A stretch of 64,000 nucleotides of DNA, from the NCBI GenBank assembly GCA_002104945.1, contig MCFH01000013.1, positions 900,033-964,032 of the forward strand, in the 5' to 3' direction. This document shows, in pieces, positions 30,201 to 45,223 of this stretch (positions within the stretch are counted from its first letter, which is position 1; the number at the start of each line of letters is the position of its first letter). This DNA comes from Piromyces finnis finn (taxonomy: Eukaryota > Fungi > Neocallimastigomycota). The notes beneath the pieces were generated by a model. That model saw only the letters and a list, made by a program, of their open reading frames with translations, searched no databases and was not told the DNA's origin. Made by a program: the position numbers and the translations under genes.

Positions 30201-32752
30201 AATTCACTTCTTATATTTTGTGAACCACCAATAGTATTACTTCTAGTGATACTAGATTCTCCATTGTATGAATTCGTATTTTCTACGATGTCATGATAAT
30301 ATAAATTTTCATCATAACTACTATATCCATTATCCAGTGATTTTCCATAATAATCATTATCTGCGTATTCCTGACTAGAATAAGAATATTGTGATAAAGA
30401 TGGATTAATCAATGGAGGAGGAGGAGAAATAATATGAACAGGTGTTGATATGGTATTTTCAGTAGGATAATAAAGATTATTCATAGAAGTTGCCATAATA
30501 TTTCCTGTATATGGAGAAGGTGTTGAATAGTTTGAATTATAACTATTTTGGCGAATAGTAATACCATTACTGTAGGTAAATGATTGAGGAGATATTGGTG
30601 AAGGTATTGCGCTTGGAATGGTGGCTGAATTTATTGATTGTGGTTGAATCATCGCTGGGTTAGGAGGATGTGGAATTTGTGGTTGAACAACATTAGTATC
30701 GTAGATTACACCTATTTGTGTAGAACTTTGGGGTGTATTACTTCTTTTCATTGGATACATAACATCCATATAATATGGATATATTGGTTGAATAGGGGTT
30801 TGACTTGGATATGTAACCTGTTGTTGATAATATGGAACTGGATATTGGCCTTGAGGATAACCGTTAGAATTGACAGGATAGGATGGTAAAGAAACTGTTT
30901 TATGTTTAAAGAGCTGATTAGAAGAATCAACCATTTGTTGATTTCGTTTGGTTTGATATGCTATAGAAATTGATTTGGATTGTTTTATTTCATTGTTAGA
31001 TTCTGCTAAATTTTCAGGTGTTTCAATAACTGGGCCCATTTTATTATTATAGCCATTATAACTAAATCTATTTGGTACATTAAGATTGTTATTATTAGAT
31101 GAAGTACGTTTTGGTATAAATTGTTGTACAAAATTGGAAGATGTACGGTTTGGAATGTATTGTTGATTGGTATCCTGAGATAATGGCTTTTCTTTTATCG
31201 AATTGTTACGTAAATTTTGTGGTACTTTATTCATTTGAACAGGTGACGAATGAATTGTATTTCTTTTCGATATTTGAATTGGTGATGAATGAAGTGGCTT
31301 ATCATTAATCACTTCATTAGACCTTTCTGTAAAATTATTTTTATTTGTATTGTTGTCACTTTTAAAGAAATCACCATTTTCAAACTTTTGATGGTATTTA
31401 TGAAGGAAACTTGGTATAGAAGAAAAATATTTTGTTGGTTTACTTTTAATTGATGATTTTTGTTCATTTTCACTGTCTTCTATTTTAAATTTAATGTTAT
31501 TGAAGGTGTTCATTGTTCTTGAGTAATCAGAATCATTTTTATTATCAGAACGATTAATATATGAATACCGATTTTTATACTCGTTATCTGAACCACCACG
31601 ATATGAATTACATTGTTCATTTCTACTTTTAAATGATTGTATAGAATTTCTAGGTTCTATTCTATGATTATCTCTATTTTGAGAAAGCTTTAAATCAGAA
31701 ATTTCCGACTCTGAAGAATAGATAGAAGAAGTAGAAATACCTACTGGATATTTATAAGACTCAATTATTTTACCATTATCTAATTTATAACTACCCTCGG
31801 AAGTTGGAATTGATGAAGATGAAATTCTTTTTCCCATATAATTTTTATCTGGAACATTTAAATATTCTGAAGATGATTTTCTATATAATAATGAATTATC
31901 CTGACTACGCTTTGGTTCATATTCATTTTTGTCACGTGGTGATTGTGTAGGGGTTAGCATAGCTGAAGTACGTTTGAGGTTTTGACTTATTTTTGATGGT
32001 GTATTTGTATTTTCAATATCCTCCATGTTATTTTTCTCTTTCATTGCTGATTCGCTTATTGCTTCATAATATTCATTCAATGAGTTCTCCACCCTGTCCA
32101 TAAAATCAAAGAATATTTTTTCATCAATATAAAGATTAAAATTTATATCACGCAAAAAATTTGATTCAAGAATATTTAATTCCCTGAGAGGAATGCCTGA
32201 CACTGTTGACCATGACTTATTTGAATAAACATTATCATAATGTGCTTTCATTGATGCCATTAATGCAAGCGTTAGTATTTTTACCTCTGAATTATTTTGA
32301 TGATGTAATAGAGAAGTAGTTATAGTATTTTTTCTTAAATTTGATATATATCCTAATGCTATAATTATTGCAGGAAAGGTCAAATGTGTTGAATCTAATA
32401 ATATTTTTATGGCATGGTCACATTTCTTTGACCTTGTTTCACTCATATATCTATTTGAATTTATGTTTTCATATTCTTTCATAGAAATCTATTATAAGTG
32501 AAAAAAAAAAAACATTTCATGGTTAAATTTTTTATTTATAAATGTTTTTAATTATATAAAAATAATATTTACCTTTAAACATTTCGAATTTATAAAGTAT
32601 CTTATATATCTTGGAAAAATATCCTTTGAATATTTACTATTATATGGTCTTTTTATTGATAATAATGAGCATATGCCTTTATATTCAGGCACTCTATTCT
32701 GCATAACCTTTACAAAAGGATTTACCATTTCAATTACTTGTTTTGTTACCAT
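27248..32752 (-). CDS. Pho85-type cyclin (PCL/Clg1-like) with a ~1,650-aa low-complexity C-terminal extension, ~1,800 aa, 2 exons
   Basis: Exon 1 is 32752-32573 and exon 2 is 32488-27248 (phase-0 GT-AG intron). Cyclin-box motif IIALGYI..L..ILTLALMASMKAHYDNVYSNKSWSTVSGIPLRELNILESNFL.DINFNLYI is typical of Pho80/Pcl/Clg1 cyclins. Confidence 0.85.
27884..27996 (-). repeat. 24-bp tandem repeat encoding TSPYM(A/S)(S/T)(K/R) x4 plus TSPLI
   Basis: TSPYMASK TSPYMSTR TSPYMSSR TSPYMSSR TSPLI in the cyclin tail. Confidence 0.92.
28672..28955 (-). repeat. 45-48-bp tandem repeat encoding QLEQYE(E/K)IDQ-x(5-6) x6
   Basis: Visible in both DNA and protein; it produces several spurious alternative-frame ORFs. 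Confidence 0.92.
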
Positions 32753-35514
32753 TTTGTTTATTTTTTTTAATTTATTAAATTTTTAAATATAGCTATTTAC
32801 TATTATTAAATAATCAACTATTTTTTAAATAAAAGTGTTTTTTTTTTAGTTTATAATATTTTTTATTATTTTAAACACTTTTATTATTTTTAAAATTTTT
32901 GGTTTATGGTTTTCTTATTAATTATTCTGTAAGTAATATTTTAATATGAAATATATTATACATAATGAATTTATTTTTAGAAAATCTGTTGTATTATGAA
33001 TATTTTATATAAATATTATTAACCGCTTAAAGTAATATAAGTTTTTTTTTGAAAAACAAAATAGTGTTTTGAAATAATTTAAGAATATTTTGATTTGAAA
33101 TTATATTTAAATTAGATAATTCATAATCATTAATATTGATATATTATTCAAAATATTATTTATATATTCTCGAGATATTATATTATTTTATGATATTGAT
33201 ATTTATTATAAAATATTTACAATATGAAATGATAAAGAATTATATGTAAAAATATTATAAAATTTAAAAACAGGAATAATAGGAAAAAAAAACTATATGT
33301 GGAAATATTTTATTAAATTTGATGATATAGATTTATTTATTATTACTATTATATATTTTTTTAATTTTTGGTATTTATTTTTAAATTTTATTATTTAGGA
33401 AATTCAAAAAATCTCATTCATTAATTTATAATATAAAATTTAATAAAATATCATTACTTGGCTTAAAAATAAGTATCTTTTTTTATATTTGCTTTTGCTT
33501 TTTTTTTTATTTTTACTAAAATTTTAAATATAAAAATTCCCCTAAAAGTTTTTTAAATCTCAATTATTATTCAAATTATTTTGTAAAATTAAAATTTCTT
33601 TTTTCATATCAATTTAAACTAAGAAGGGGCGTTGTTTTATTATATAATGGTATACTTTTTAATGTTATTAAGAAATTTATTTTGTTAATGAAACTTATTT
33701 TTATTTTACTGTTAGGTTTCCTTTTTATATTTAATCCTTTATATATTATTATATTGTCTTTTGAATATTTTATTTTTTTTAATTTCTTTTTTTTGTTTTA
33801 TTTTTTTTGCTTTTCTTTATTATTAATATATATAAATATATATAATTAATTTATTATTTTTGATAGATATTATTATTACTTCGTTTTCTTTAAAAATTGA
33901 TTTTCATTCTAATATGTTATTATTCAAAATAAAAATATTATGTCATACTATTATTACTATTATTGTTCTATTTTTTCCTTTCTTTCCTATATATATTTAT
34001 AAAAGATGAAGAACTAATGGGATTGTAATAATTATTATTTAATCATAAATTTAATAAAGCTAAGTTTTATAAATTATTGAAAATGATAATTATTTATATA
34101 TTGTTTTGATTTATTTAATTTATGATATTCTTGAAATAATGTTTATATATATATATCACTATATATAAAACAATTGTTTTTTTTTTTTTCTTTTCTTTTC
34201 GTTAAAAAAAAAGAAAAAAAAGAGGAATAATAATTGCTTTTTTTCTTCTTTACATTTATTTTAATTAAAAAATTAAAATAGTTAAAGTTTTTCTTTTGTT
34301 TTTTATTTAATTCATATATTTCTTTCTTTTTTTTTTTATTAAATAAATATATATATAAAAACTATCGATTTATGTAATTAAGAAAAAAAAAAAGTTCAAG
34401 ATTAGATTATAATAAAAACAAACAAAAAGGTTTCTTTCAATTTTTTTTAGAAAAAAAAAAAAATTCTTAGTTTATTATTATATTATTAATAAATAAAATT
34501 TTTATTAAAAATGGAGTAAAATCAAATAGCATAAAAAAAAAAAAAATTCATCATCATTTATAATATATATAAAATAATATATAATAAATTAATAAGAATT
34601 AAAATTTAATATGTAAATAACATTTATACCTTTAATACTATGTATAAATAAATAGTGGCTTTATAATAATTATTATAATAATATTATTGAATAAAACTAA
34701 AAGGATAAATAGAATAATGTATTTGATTATAATGGCTTGATTATTATGAAAGTAACCTTTTAATTTAGATAACCAATGAAATTCAAACTTTATAATATCC
34801 AGTTATTGAATATCATAGATAAACATATTAATAATATAATATAATATATTATTAATATAAAGATTAAAATTAATATATTTACCAATTTTTTATATACTCA
34901 AAAAATTAATTATTCATTTATTATATAGTATTATTATATTGTATAATACAATTTTTATATATTAAATATACATTAAACAAATTAAATAATATTGTAATTT
35001 ATTCAAAAACCACTTTATTGTCAATAAAAGGAAAAATATTATTACTTGAATAATATATTAGTAATATATTATATAACATATTAAAATAATATTCCAATAT
35101 ATTATGTTATTTTATATATTATTTTGTATATAAACCTTTTTTTACATTTAAAAGTGGATGCATTACATTTTAAAAAAAATACATAAATTTGAATACCAGC
35201 CATACATACAAAAATAATGTATTTCATTTTTTTCTATTTCAATAAACTGTATGAACTTTTAGGTGTAGAAGGAATCAAACTATCAAATAAGAACTATTCA
35301 CTTTTTTTTTTTTTTATAAAAACAATGAATTTATTGATTTATAATTGATATATAATAATTAATACGATGTTTATTGATTAATCTTTTTTTAAAGAAGGGT
35401 ATACTGACATGCATATAAAAATAATATTATAATATTGGTATTATTCTTTTTTTTTAAAAAAAAAATATTTAGTCTTTTGAATATCATATGCTATAAAGAT
35501 AAATAATATTAAAA

Positions 35515-36049
35515 TTATTCTTTAAAATCTAAAAAATATTGTAATTTCTTATAGATTCTTGGTGAGAATTTTAATTGTTTAATTTCATTATAATAGGAAA
35601 GTGTAATTTTATACAGTGTACTTTGTAATACTTTTTTTTTTTTTTTTAATAAAATAATAATGAATAAGAAAAAAAAAAAAAGTTAATACATTTAAAGAAT
35701 ATACCACTTTTAATTATACTAGATAACTAAATTTATATAATATATATAATATATATAAAACATACATGATATCATGATATCCAATTCTACTGGTAATTCC
35801 CTTTTAGATGGTGGTACAGGTGGATTTTCTATAAACAGTTCTATGGATAATAATAGTCTAAGTAAACATTCAAGAATATTTCCTAAATCACTTTTAATCA
35901 ATTGTTGTTTATCTTCTACTAATGAAAAATAAACCAGATTTCCTAAGACTTTTATAAATTTTAATATACATAATATATATTTTAACAAAATATTTTGATA
36001 AATAAAAAACAAATAGATAATGATTTAATATATATAATGATTTCTTTTC

Positions 36050-36080
<31 letters not shown>

Positions 36081-39000
36081 ATTAATAATAAATAAAATTA
36101 TCATAATAAAAATATATAATATATATGTACTTTGAATGGCCCATTGTTGTAACGATAAATCTTGTATTAAAATTGAAACATATCTATCTATGGAAGTACC
36201 AAATAAATATTTACCGAATCGCCAAGAATTATTTATCCTTACTATCATTTTGATCAAAGATTCCCAGAAAGAAGTTTCATTTTCAGTTCGAATAGTAATC
36301 GGTTTAACATAACTCTTTAATGATTTATTATAACCTTCAGAAATATTAGATTTTCGATAGTTATCATTTATGTTAGATTCATATTGTGAATTTTCCTTGA
36401 AACGATTCATTGACATAAATTCATCTTCTATATCTGGATTTGCTTTTTGAAAGTCATTGTTCATTGATGGATATTGATATGAATAATTTGATTTCATATG
36501 ATCGTATGAATTATATGTCTTTCTTAATTTCTCATAGTGGTATCTATCCCTATCATTATTATAACAAGAATTTGGTTCATTATCGTTATGATACATGAAA
36601 TTAGGAGGAGGATAATTATCCTTTTCATAAAACTCTGGTTCGTGGTCTACTTTATTTCTTTGATGAAAAGAATATTCCGGATTTATATTCTTATTACTAT
36701 TAAAATAAGAATATGGATTAACGTTATTCATATTATAATCATGTGTATTATTTTGTGTAATATTTTCTTTGTAATTATAATAAGAGGATCTTCTGGGATA
36801 ATCCGAAAAACTATTCATTCCTCTACTAGTATCGTACTCTTCATTAAATCTATAATTATTTCGTTTATTATAATCTTTAAAATATGGATTATTTTCATTA
36901 TGATATAAATATTCTCTTTCTCTATATTCCATTTCTTCTCTAGCATTAAATAAATCTCGCTTTTGATTTGGGGTATTCATTAATTTTCTTTTAAATTGAT
37001 TAATTGAAGGTGTATTTATTAAATAATCATAAACACGTTTAGGTGTAATATTAGGATAATTATCTTTTATATATTGTTTTAATTTTATTGTTGACAATCT
37101 ATTTGAATTTATATTTTTCATTTTACTGTATGGTGTTTCATATTGCTGGTTATATTTATTATTATAATAAGAATCAAAATTACGATCGTCATTTGGTATG
37201 AAATTATTTATCTTTAATTTACTCTTTGGATATAAATTTATATTACTATTTGATGTGATTTTATTTGAATATTGATAATCATCTAAAATAGGACCATCTT
37301 TTGATATTAATCATAAAAAAGTATAAACATGTAATTATATTAATTTAAAAATAACTTATTTTATAATCTTTGACGTTTATATAACAATACTTACTTTTTT
37401 TTTCATATTCATTTTCTAATAAAGTAGTCAAGTTATTTATAATATTTGTACATTCATAAAGGATATTATACCATGGAAAAGGCTTGATATTTTCGTTATT
37501 CATAAATGAAGATCTAATTTGATGTTCATAGAGTAAAATTTGATATAACTCTAAATAAGCATGATACTATTATTTTTTGTTCGTATAAAATATACATAAT
37601 AATAATTATTATATCAATATTAAATTTTTTTAATATTATAATTTTTTTTTTTTAAAAAAAAAAAAGAGAGAATATCAATATGTAATATTTATATTACTTG
37701 AACTAATGGATGGACTCTAGATGATAATCCAGTACATATACATTCTAGAGGATTTAAATCATTTTTACATATTAAAAATGGCTGATATTACAAAAAAAAA
37801 AAAAAATTCATTGTTGGTATTATCAATTAAAATTTTCATATTATTAATATTTTATCATTTTTAATAATTATACCTGCGTAATTAGTGTTCTAAACAAATT
37901 ATGTTGAATTTCAAATAAGTATATTATAAATCCACATAATATTATTAATTGAATTATAACAATAATGTCGTCTTGATTAAACGATAAATATGAAATTTCC
38001 AATGGGCTAAAATTAAATAAAAAAAAAAAATAAAAAATAAAAATGAATTTTAAGCTTACATGCAATAATTTTGCATTTTATAAATACTCTATTTATTTAT
38101 ACCTCTTAAAATAGCTTAAAATAATGTTTATTAGAGTGTATATTTTTCTTCCAAAAAAATAGTATAATAGCGAAAAAGACAGAATAATTCTTTGGGAGAT
38201 ATTTATACTTTTTTGAATTGATATAACGACTTGTTCTCTGAATTTTATTGATTTTGTTCTCTTTAAAATTAAAATTATATTAATATTGATTGACTTATAT
38301 ATATATATATATATAATATAGATATTTTAAAATGTAAAGAGAATAATTATTTAAAAATTTCTTTACCATGAATTTTGGAAATTCCAATTTACAGCGATTG
38401 TATAAACTATAGTTGAATCCATAAAAAATACCAATATAAACACTAAACACAATTAAAAAATCAAGTTCTTTATGATCTACAAATCTATAAAAAATATATA
38501 CATATATTATATATATCAATAAAATTTCTAAATAATAATATAAAGTTATTTATAAAGAAATTACTTTATTGCATTTAAAAAAATCTTTTGATTTGGTGAT
38601 ATGGTATAATATATCCAAAGTATAACAAAAGCAGATAAAATATTAAATGAAATTTGTAATAATGACGTTTTTGATATAAAGTTTAATATTTCAAAAAAAC
38701 GATTCTTTTTTGGAATCAGTTTTACTATTTTAAATATAATATATAGATATTGAAATTTTAATTTTATTAGAAATTTCAATTCTAATTATATCTTATTTTT
38801 TCATATAGTATTTTTTTTTTTATTTTATTTTAACTATAATAATAAATTTATACCTTTAACAGTCTTTTTTTCAAATAAAAGTATTATAAATAATATTAAA
38901 AATATAATAAAGGGGTATATTAATGTTTTATAAAAATAGGCTTGATTTATTTTAAAAGAAAATTTTTATAAAGTAATGGTTAAAATTTGTATATCATAAA

Positions 39001-39178
39001 GATTTCTATATTTTATTTTAATAAAAGTTTATAGATATTAACCTAAAATCCATTTTGAATCACTTAAAAGAAAAATCTGAAATAAAGTAAATATATTCAA
39101 AAATTGATATAAACAGGTTTCGAAAAAAAGTTTATTCAATTTTTTAAAGCAACGTTTCTCATATAATGTTGTATTCAT
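35515..39178 (-). CDS. NDC1: Transmembrane nucleoporin NDC1, multi-exon
   Basis: Hydrophobic N-terminal exons start at ATG 39178 (MNTTLYEKRCF..). Later exons give PWYNILYECTNIINNL, QQWAIQ|VLGNLVYFSLVED..LGNILECLLRL, and a last exon LLQSTLYKITLSY..KKLQYFLDFKE*. These parallel remembered metazoan NDC1 motifs (WTAISREC; LVAASFTED; ..RLQQFLEFKE*). Confidence 0.85.
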
Positions 39179-40143
39179 TTTTTTTTTAATTTTATTTAAA
39201 ATTCTTTATAACAATTGCTATTTTTATTATCTTTGAAAAAAAAAGAGATGAATTTTTATATAAAATAAACATAAATGTTCTTTTTTACATTTCTTTCTTT
39301 TTTTAAAAAAAAAAATAAATAAATAAATAAATGAATCAATGTGTGTGTGTGTTTGTGTGTAATTTCTATCTTTTTAATTTAAAGAAAAAAGTAATTTTTT
39401 TTTTTTAAATTTTTAAATATAAAAATTCTTAATTAAAATTCAAACCTTAATTATTATTTAAAAATTGTTTAGACCAATAAAAATCAATCCAATCAAAAAC
39501 TTTATTTAATAATAAAAGACAAATCTTTTTTTAAAAAAAAAAAGAAAACCTCTTTTCTTATTAAATGCAAAAAGCAAGCAAGTTTAAAACTTTTTTCATT
39601 AGTACTATTATTTTATTTTATTTGAATTTTTATATAAAAAATTGTTTATTTTGTATATTTTTTTATTCTTATTCTTATTATTTTATTATTTCTTTATTGC
39701 TATTATTATTTATTGATAATTTTTTTAAAAAAAAGTTTTTATTTTTTACATTTTGATTTTATATATATATGTAAACGCAAATTATTTCTTTAGTTGTTAT
39801 TAAAGATTAAATATTATACTAATAACGATCTTCTTTTATTTTATTTTTTTTTTTTTTTTAAAAAAAAAGAAACTAACAAAAAAGAAAAAAAAAATAAAAT
39901 GACATGTAAATAGAAATAATATAACATTAAATATAACATTAAACTAATTTTAATACTTTTTCTTTTTTCTTTTCCTTTTTTTTTTTTTTTTTTAAATCTG
40001 TAAAGAAAATAATTATTTATATATATGATAATATAGTTGTTTTTATTATTATTATTATATTATTATTATTTTTAAAATTATTCTTTATATATATATATAT
40101 ATTTGAAACATTGGCTATAGATATTAAAAACTATAATAATAAC

Positions 40144-40174
<31 letters not shown>

Positions 40175-40508
40175 ATTACTATGAGTTTAATGAATTAGTA
40201 AAATATATATTCCTTTCTTTTTCTTTCATTCTTTCTTTTTTTTTTTTTTTTTTTTTTTTTGTTGTTTTTTTTTTTTGTTTTTTTTTTTTTTTTTTGTTTT
40301 TGTTTTTTTTTTTGTTTTTGTTTTTGCTTTTTTTATAATTATTATTATTATTATTATATTGTATGGTATGTAATTTGTTTTGCTAAATTTAATTTATAAT
40401 AAATAAAGATTCTTTTAGCTTTTTTTTTTTTTTTCTATTTTATGTATAGTAAAAAAAAAAATAAATAAAATAAAATATGTAACAAATAGTTTTATTTCAA
40501 GTTTTAAA

Positions 40509-42097
40509 CTAGCATGGTTGATCAACACTATATATTTTACTAGTAGAATCACCACCACAACTTGCTAATATATTAGAAAGTGTTGGATGATACTTAACAC
40601 ACCATACACCTTCATCAAATTTCTTTCTATGAGATGACATTTCTTGAATACAGTTCTTTGAAGCAATATCCCAAATACGAATTGATGAATCATGTCCTAT
40701 TTTTAAAATTAACGTTTATCAATATATATTAATTTTAATAATACCTATACAATAAATAGTTATCTTTATATTTTAATGATTGTTATTCCCTAACTAACCT
40801 CCTGATGCAAATGATATACCGGATGGATGAACACTTAATGAGGAAACACCATCCAAGTGTGCGGTCATTGAATGAATGCATTCACCTTTTAATTTAATTT
40901 TTAATTAAATAATAATACAATAATTATATAAGGTCAATAGGAATATTTGAAAATATAATAAATAAGAAAAGAGAAATAATTTTATTCTTTTTACTATTTA
41001 TTTATCATTTTTTATTATTGTCATATTATCATTATATAGGTAGTTGTGGTTTAACTTACCTGATTTGATATCAAAGAATCTTATAAAGCAATCCTCATGA
41101 GCAGTGATAATTAATGGCATTGTCGGGTGTGATATGACTTGGTTAATTTGAGTTCCTGGTGTATTATCTAATAAATATGATATTACACATAATTAAAAGG
41201 GGTATGATTTCAATAAGATATATATATATTTCAATTAGGTATTAATATTTAATATGATATTACCATAAGTTTCAGCACTTGGTAACTTCATATATTCACT
41301 ACCAGTTTCAAGATCAAATAATTTAACAATCGAATTTTGATAGGAAACAATAGCTTTACTGTAATCGGTATGTAACCAATTAATATAGGTTGGATTAGCT
41401 TCTACTTCTTTTGATTCGGATACTAATCCATTGTAATCTAATGTTGATTTTAATTCATAACTTTCAGTATCCCATAGCTTTACAGTTCCATCTGAAGATG
41501 CTGAGGCTAATAAATGGTATTGATCCTTTAATGGATGAGCCTTGACACACCATACAGCATCTGTATGGCCTTCAAATACATGTTGTTTTATTGATGAATC
41601 TTTTGAAAAATGATAATAATAATGATAATGATAATAATAATGATGATGATGATGATGATAATGATGATAATGATAATAATAATGATGATGATGATGATGA
41701 TAATGATGATAATGATAATAATTAATATTTATTATTAGTATTAACAAAAAAAAAAGAAGTTTTTCAATTTTTTATAATGTATCATATAATTATTTTTAAA
41801 ATAAAATACCATATTTAGAATATAATTCCATATTCTTTGGTGGAACCTTCCAAGATCTAATAGTTGAATCAAAACCACCGGTATAACAAATATCATCAGA
41901 TATATCTACAGATAATACTGGACCCAAATGTCCTCTATAAGTGTAAACTGGATCAATATCAATCATACTTCTGATTATTATATATTATATAAAATGATAA
42001 AAAATATTGTGATATTATTATATTTATCTTTTATAATATTAAACTTTTTATTTTTTAAATTTATATGTGATTTAATAATAAAATCTTAATTTGTTTC

Positions 42098-42135
<38 letters not shown>

Positions 42136-44697
42136 TAGTATTGCCTAAAAATTCTAAATTCCATAATTTTGCGGTACCATCATCTGAACCTGATAATAAT
42201 ACTTTATCGGTATGATGGAATGAAAGAGAACGAACAGTATCTAAATGACTATAATATATTATATATATAGCAAGCAAATTAATAAAAATTTTACTTCGTT
42301 AACAAGTTGTATTGTATATTTATAATAAATTTGGTGGTACTTTTTCAAAGTTAATTTTGGTCTCCATAATTTATTTTCGTCATTTTGTTTTGATGCACTC
42401 TACAAAAATGTTTCATTTTTAAATTTTATTATAGTTATATTGATGGTTCATTAGTATTTAATTACGATAGGTTTTAAGAAAAATTAATCCTACCTTTGAT
42501 AAGGATTCGCCCATTTCTTCTCCATCAAAATTATATATTTCATTATCAAAAGTAAAACTATCCTTTTTGGTGCCTTTTTTATAAAAAATAAATTAATAAA
42601 TGTGGAAAATATTAATTTACAAAGTGTATATTCATTTTAAAAATAAAATGATACCCTTTATACTACGTTTTTTATCTTTTAATTTTGATGCCTTTAAAAC
42701 TTTATTTAATTGTTTTGTTGGAATGACACCCTCTGCTTGGAATAATAGCTATTTTATTAGTAAAGTAGTTTTGATAATTAATTTTAGTATTATTACCTCT
42801 AAATGATACAAAATTATTTTCATTATTATTTCAATAAATATTTAAAGAATAATTAAATATTTATTATTTTGTTTTAATATTAAAATATAATAATTACTTC
42901 TTCATCCTTATTACTATTACTGTTATTGTTATTATTTTTATTATTTTTATTTTCTTCTAAATTAGTTTCATTAGCAACGAGATTATTACTTTTGTTATTA
43001 TCTTTACTTGCTTCTGTTGATTCATTTGTGTTTACCTCATCTTTTTCATTATCATCTGATGCTTTAAATACTACAATAGTTATAATTTCAAAAATTTTAA
43101 TTTCTAATTAATAAACCAAATAATAGTTTAATTTATAATAATAATGAAATGTCTCTTTAACTCAAAATATAATACTGCCATTAAAAAATATATATTTCAT
43201 TTTCCAATTATTTATATATCATATTAAACATAAAATAATAATTACATAATTTGGAAAGTGGTGCTTCCTTTCTTTTTCCATTCATTTTTTTCTTTACAAT
43301 TAAATTATATTCATTGTTGTTTCCATTCATATTATTGTTGTTGTTGCTTGCATTATTAATATTATTTGAAGATGAATTAACTGGTTTTAAATTCTTTTCT
43401 TTGTTCATTGTGGTGTATGTAGCTGTTTTTATAGATTTTTGTAATGAATTATTATTATTAGATATATTATTTATTCCTGATAATGATTCACTGTTATGCT
43501 TAAGATTCTTTAAATCGTTTAAACTACTTGAATTATTAGATGATGGATTCCAATAACCAATTTCTAATAAATAACTGTTTTCATTGATAGGCATAAAGGG
43601 GTAAAATACAATCATTATTTTTATTATAGATTAATTTGTATTTAGTGTTATTGATAAACCAAAAGTATTATTTATTTAAAAAATTAAATAAAATATATTA
43701 AATTTTTATAATGTATAAATGATATTGAATACAATGTAAAATATATAGATTGTTAATACTTTAAAGATTATTTATATCAACAAAAAGATTTATATCAACA
43801 AAAAGAATAAATATTTAAAATGGAATTTACGCTTTCAAAATTTCTCTTGATCTTAAAGTACCACATCCTTTTGAATATAATAATAAGTTGTTACCACTCA
43901 TTGGTGTTGGTGTTAAAGCATTTGCTTCTTCATTTTTAATAGAAAGTTGATATCTTAATGATTGATCCTTATTTCCAGTTTTATTTAATTTTACATTTAA
44001 AGCATTAACATCTTCTTTCGTTTCTGGAGCTTTGGTATTTTCTTGTTTTTTATCATTAACATTATTGTCTTCTACTTGCTCTTCTTCATTGTTACTTAAA
44101 TTTATTGAATTTTTATCTGTTGAATTTACAGAAGCTGAATTAGGTTCACTATTATTTATCTTTTGTTGAAGTTGAAGATATTTTATTCTATATAATATAC
44201 ATATATATTAAAATAATCAAGGATTTTAATATATAGATTTTTAAATGGTTAGAGAAAAGTGTTCCAACGAGATAAATCATTCAAAATTTAATAGGTGACC
44301 TAGAAGTATTTAATAATTTTTAATATTGTAAAAAAAATTTCCTTTATAACTTTACCTTTCTTGTCTTAAAGCATATTCTAACATTTTTATTCTTCTTAAT
44401 AAATCAACTTTTAAATTTTCAATTCCTCGACGTTCACCCTCAAGAAATGATAATCTAGTCTATTGAAATTGAATATAAAGAATAAATAATTATTTTCTAA
44501 ATAATAGTTATCAAATTTTTACATTTAATGAAATTTAGAGGATTGAAATTTACTTTCAAGTCTGCTCTTTCAATTTCCCATTCAGTTCTTTCTTTTTCAA
44601 ATTTTCTCCATTCCATTTGAAGGTAATGTAAAACACCTGGAAATGAATAATTATTATATCCATTTGGTGAATTTTGTTGATAAATATCACTCGCCAT
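40509..44697 (-). CDS. STRN: Striatin / Far8 / PRO11, the STRIPAK scaffold (N-terminal striatin coiled coil plus C-terminal WD40 repeats), multi-exon
   Basis: YSFPGVLHYLQMEWRKFEKERTEWEIERADLK|TRLSFLEGERRGIENLKVDLLRRIKMLEYALRQER. WD40 exons include HLDTVRSLSF..SGSDDGTAKLW, GHLGPVLSV, GHTDAVWCV, AHLDGVSSL, HDSSIRIWDI and SCGGDSTSKIY; stop at 40509-11. Confidence 0.95.
41614..41720. repeat. (GAT/AAT)n mixed trinucleotide tract in a striatin intron
   Basis: Lies upstream (on -) of the AG acceptor preceding DSSIKQHVF; produces a spurious His/Tyr ORF extension. Confidence 0.85.
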
Positions 44698-45173
44698 TTG
44701 TTATAAATTTTGCCTCTATAATAAAATTATGGAATTTAAGTGCTGGCGTTGTTTATGTTTTTATTAAATGTGTTATTCGTTATCCTATCTATGTTATATC
44801 TTTACATGAGAAATTCAAAATTTTAATTGATAAACGATTGATAAAGCATTTATATAATTGATATAATTGATAATTTATTAATAAATATATATATATTAAT
44901 GTCAATTAGTAATTAAATATTTATAAATAACTATTGATATTTATTTATAGGATATAAATAATGATCTCAATATTTTTATTTGTTAATTCCATTTTGAATC
45001 ATTTTTTATCCCTAATATATATAAAGTAATTAGGGACTTTTTATATTGAATTAAATTTGTGTAATTGAGAAAAAGGTAAATATATTTAATTATATTCATC
45101 ATTTTTATTTGAATGATTCTTTTTATCAAAAACTAATTCATAAAACTATATGATATATTAAATTCTTTTTTTT

Positions 45174-45223
45174 TGTTGTTGTTGTTGTTGTTATCGTTGT
45201 CGTTGTCGTTGTCGTTGTCGTTA
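45174..45223. repeat. (GTT)n/(GTCGTT)n microsatellite in the striatin 5' region
   Basis: Direct reading of the sequence. Confidence 0.85.

Noticed and set aside
41600-41747. His/Tyr-rich N-terminal peptide that looked like a metal-binding tract
   Set aside because: It lies in an intron upstream of the AG acceptor of a striatin WD40 exon.
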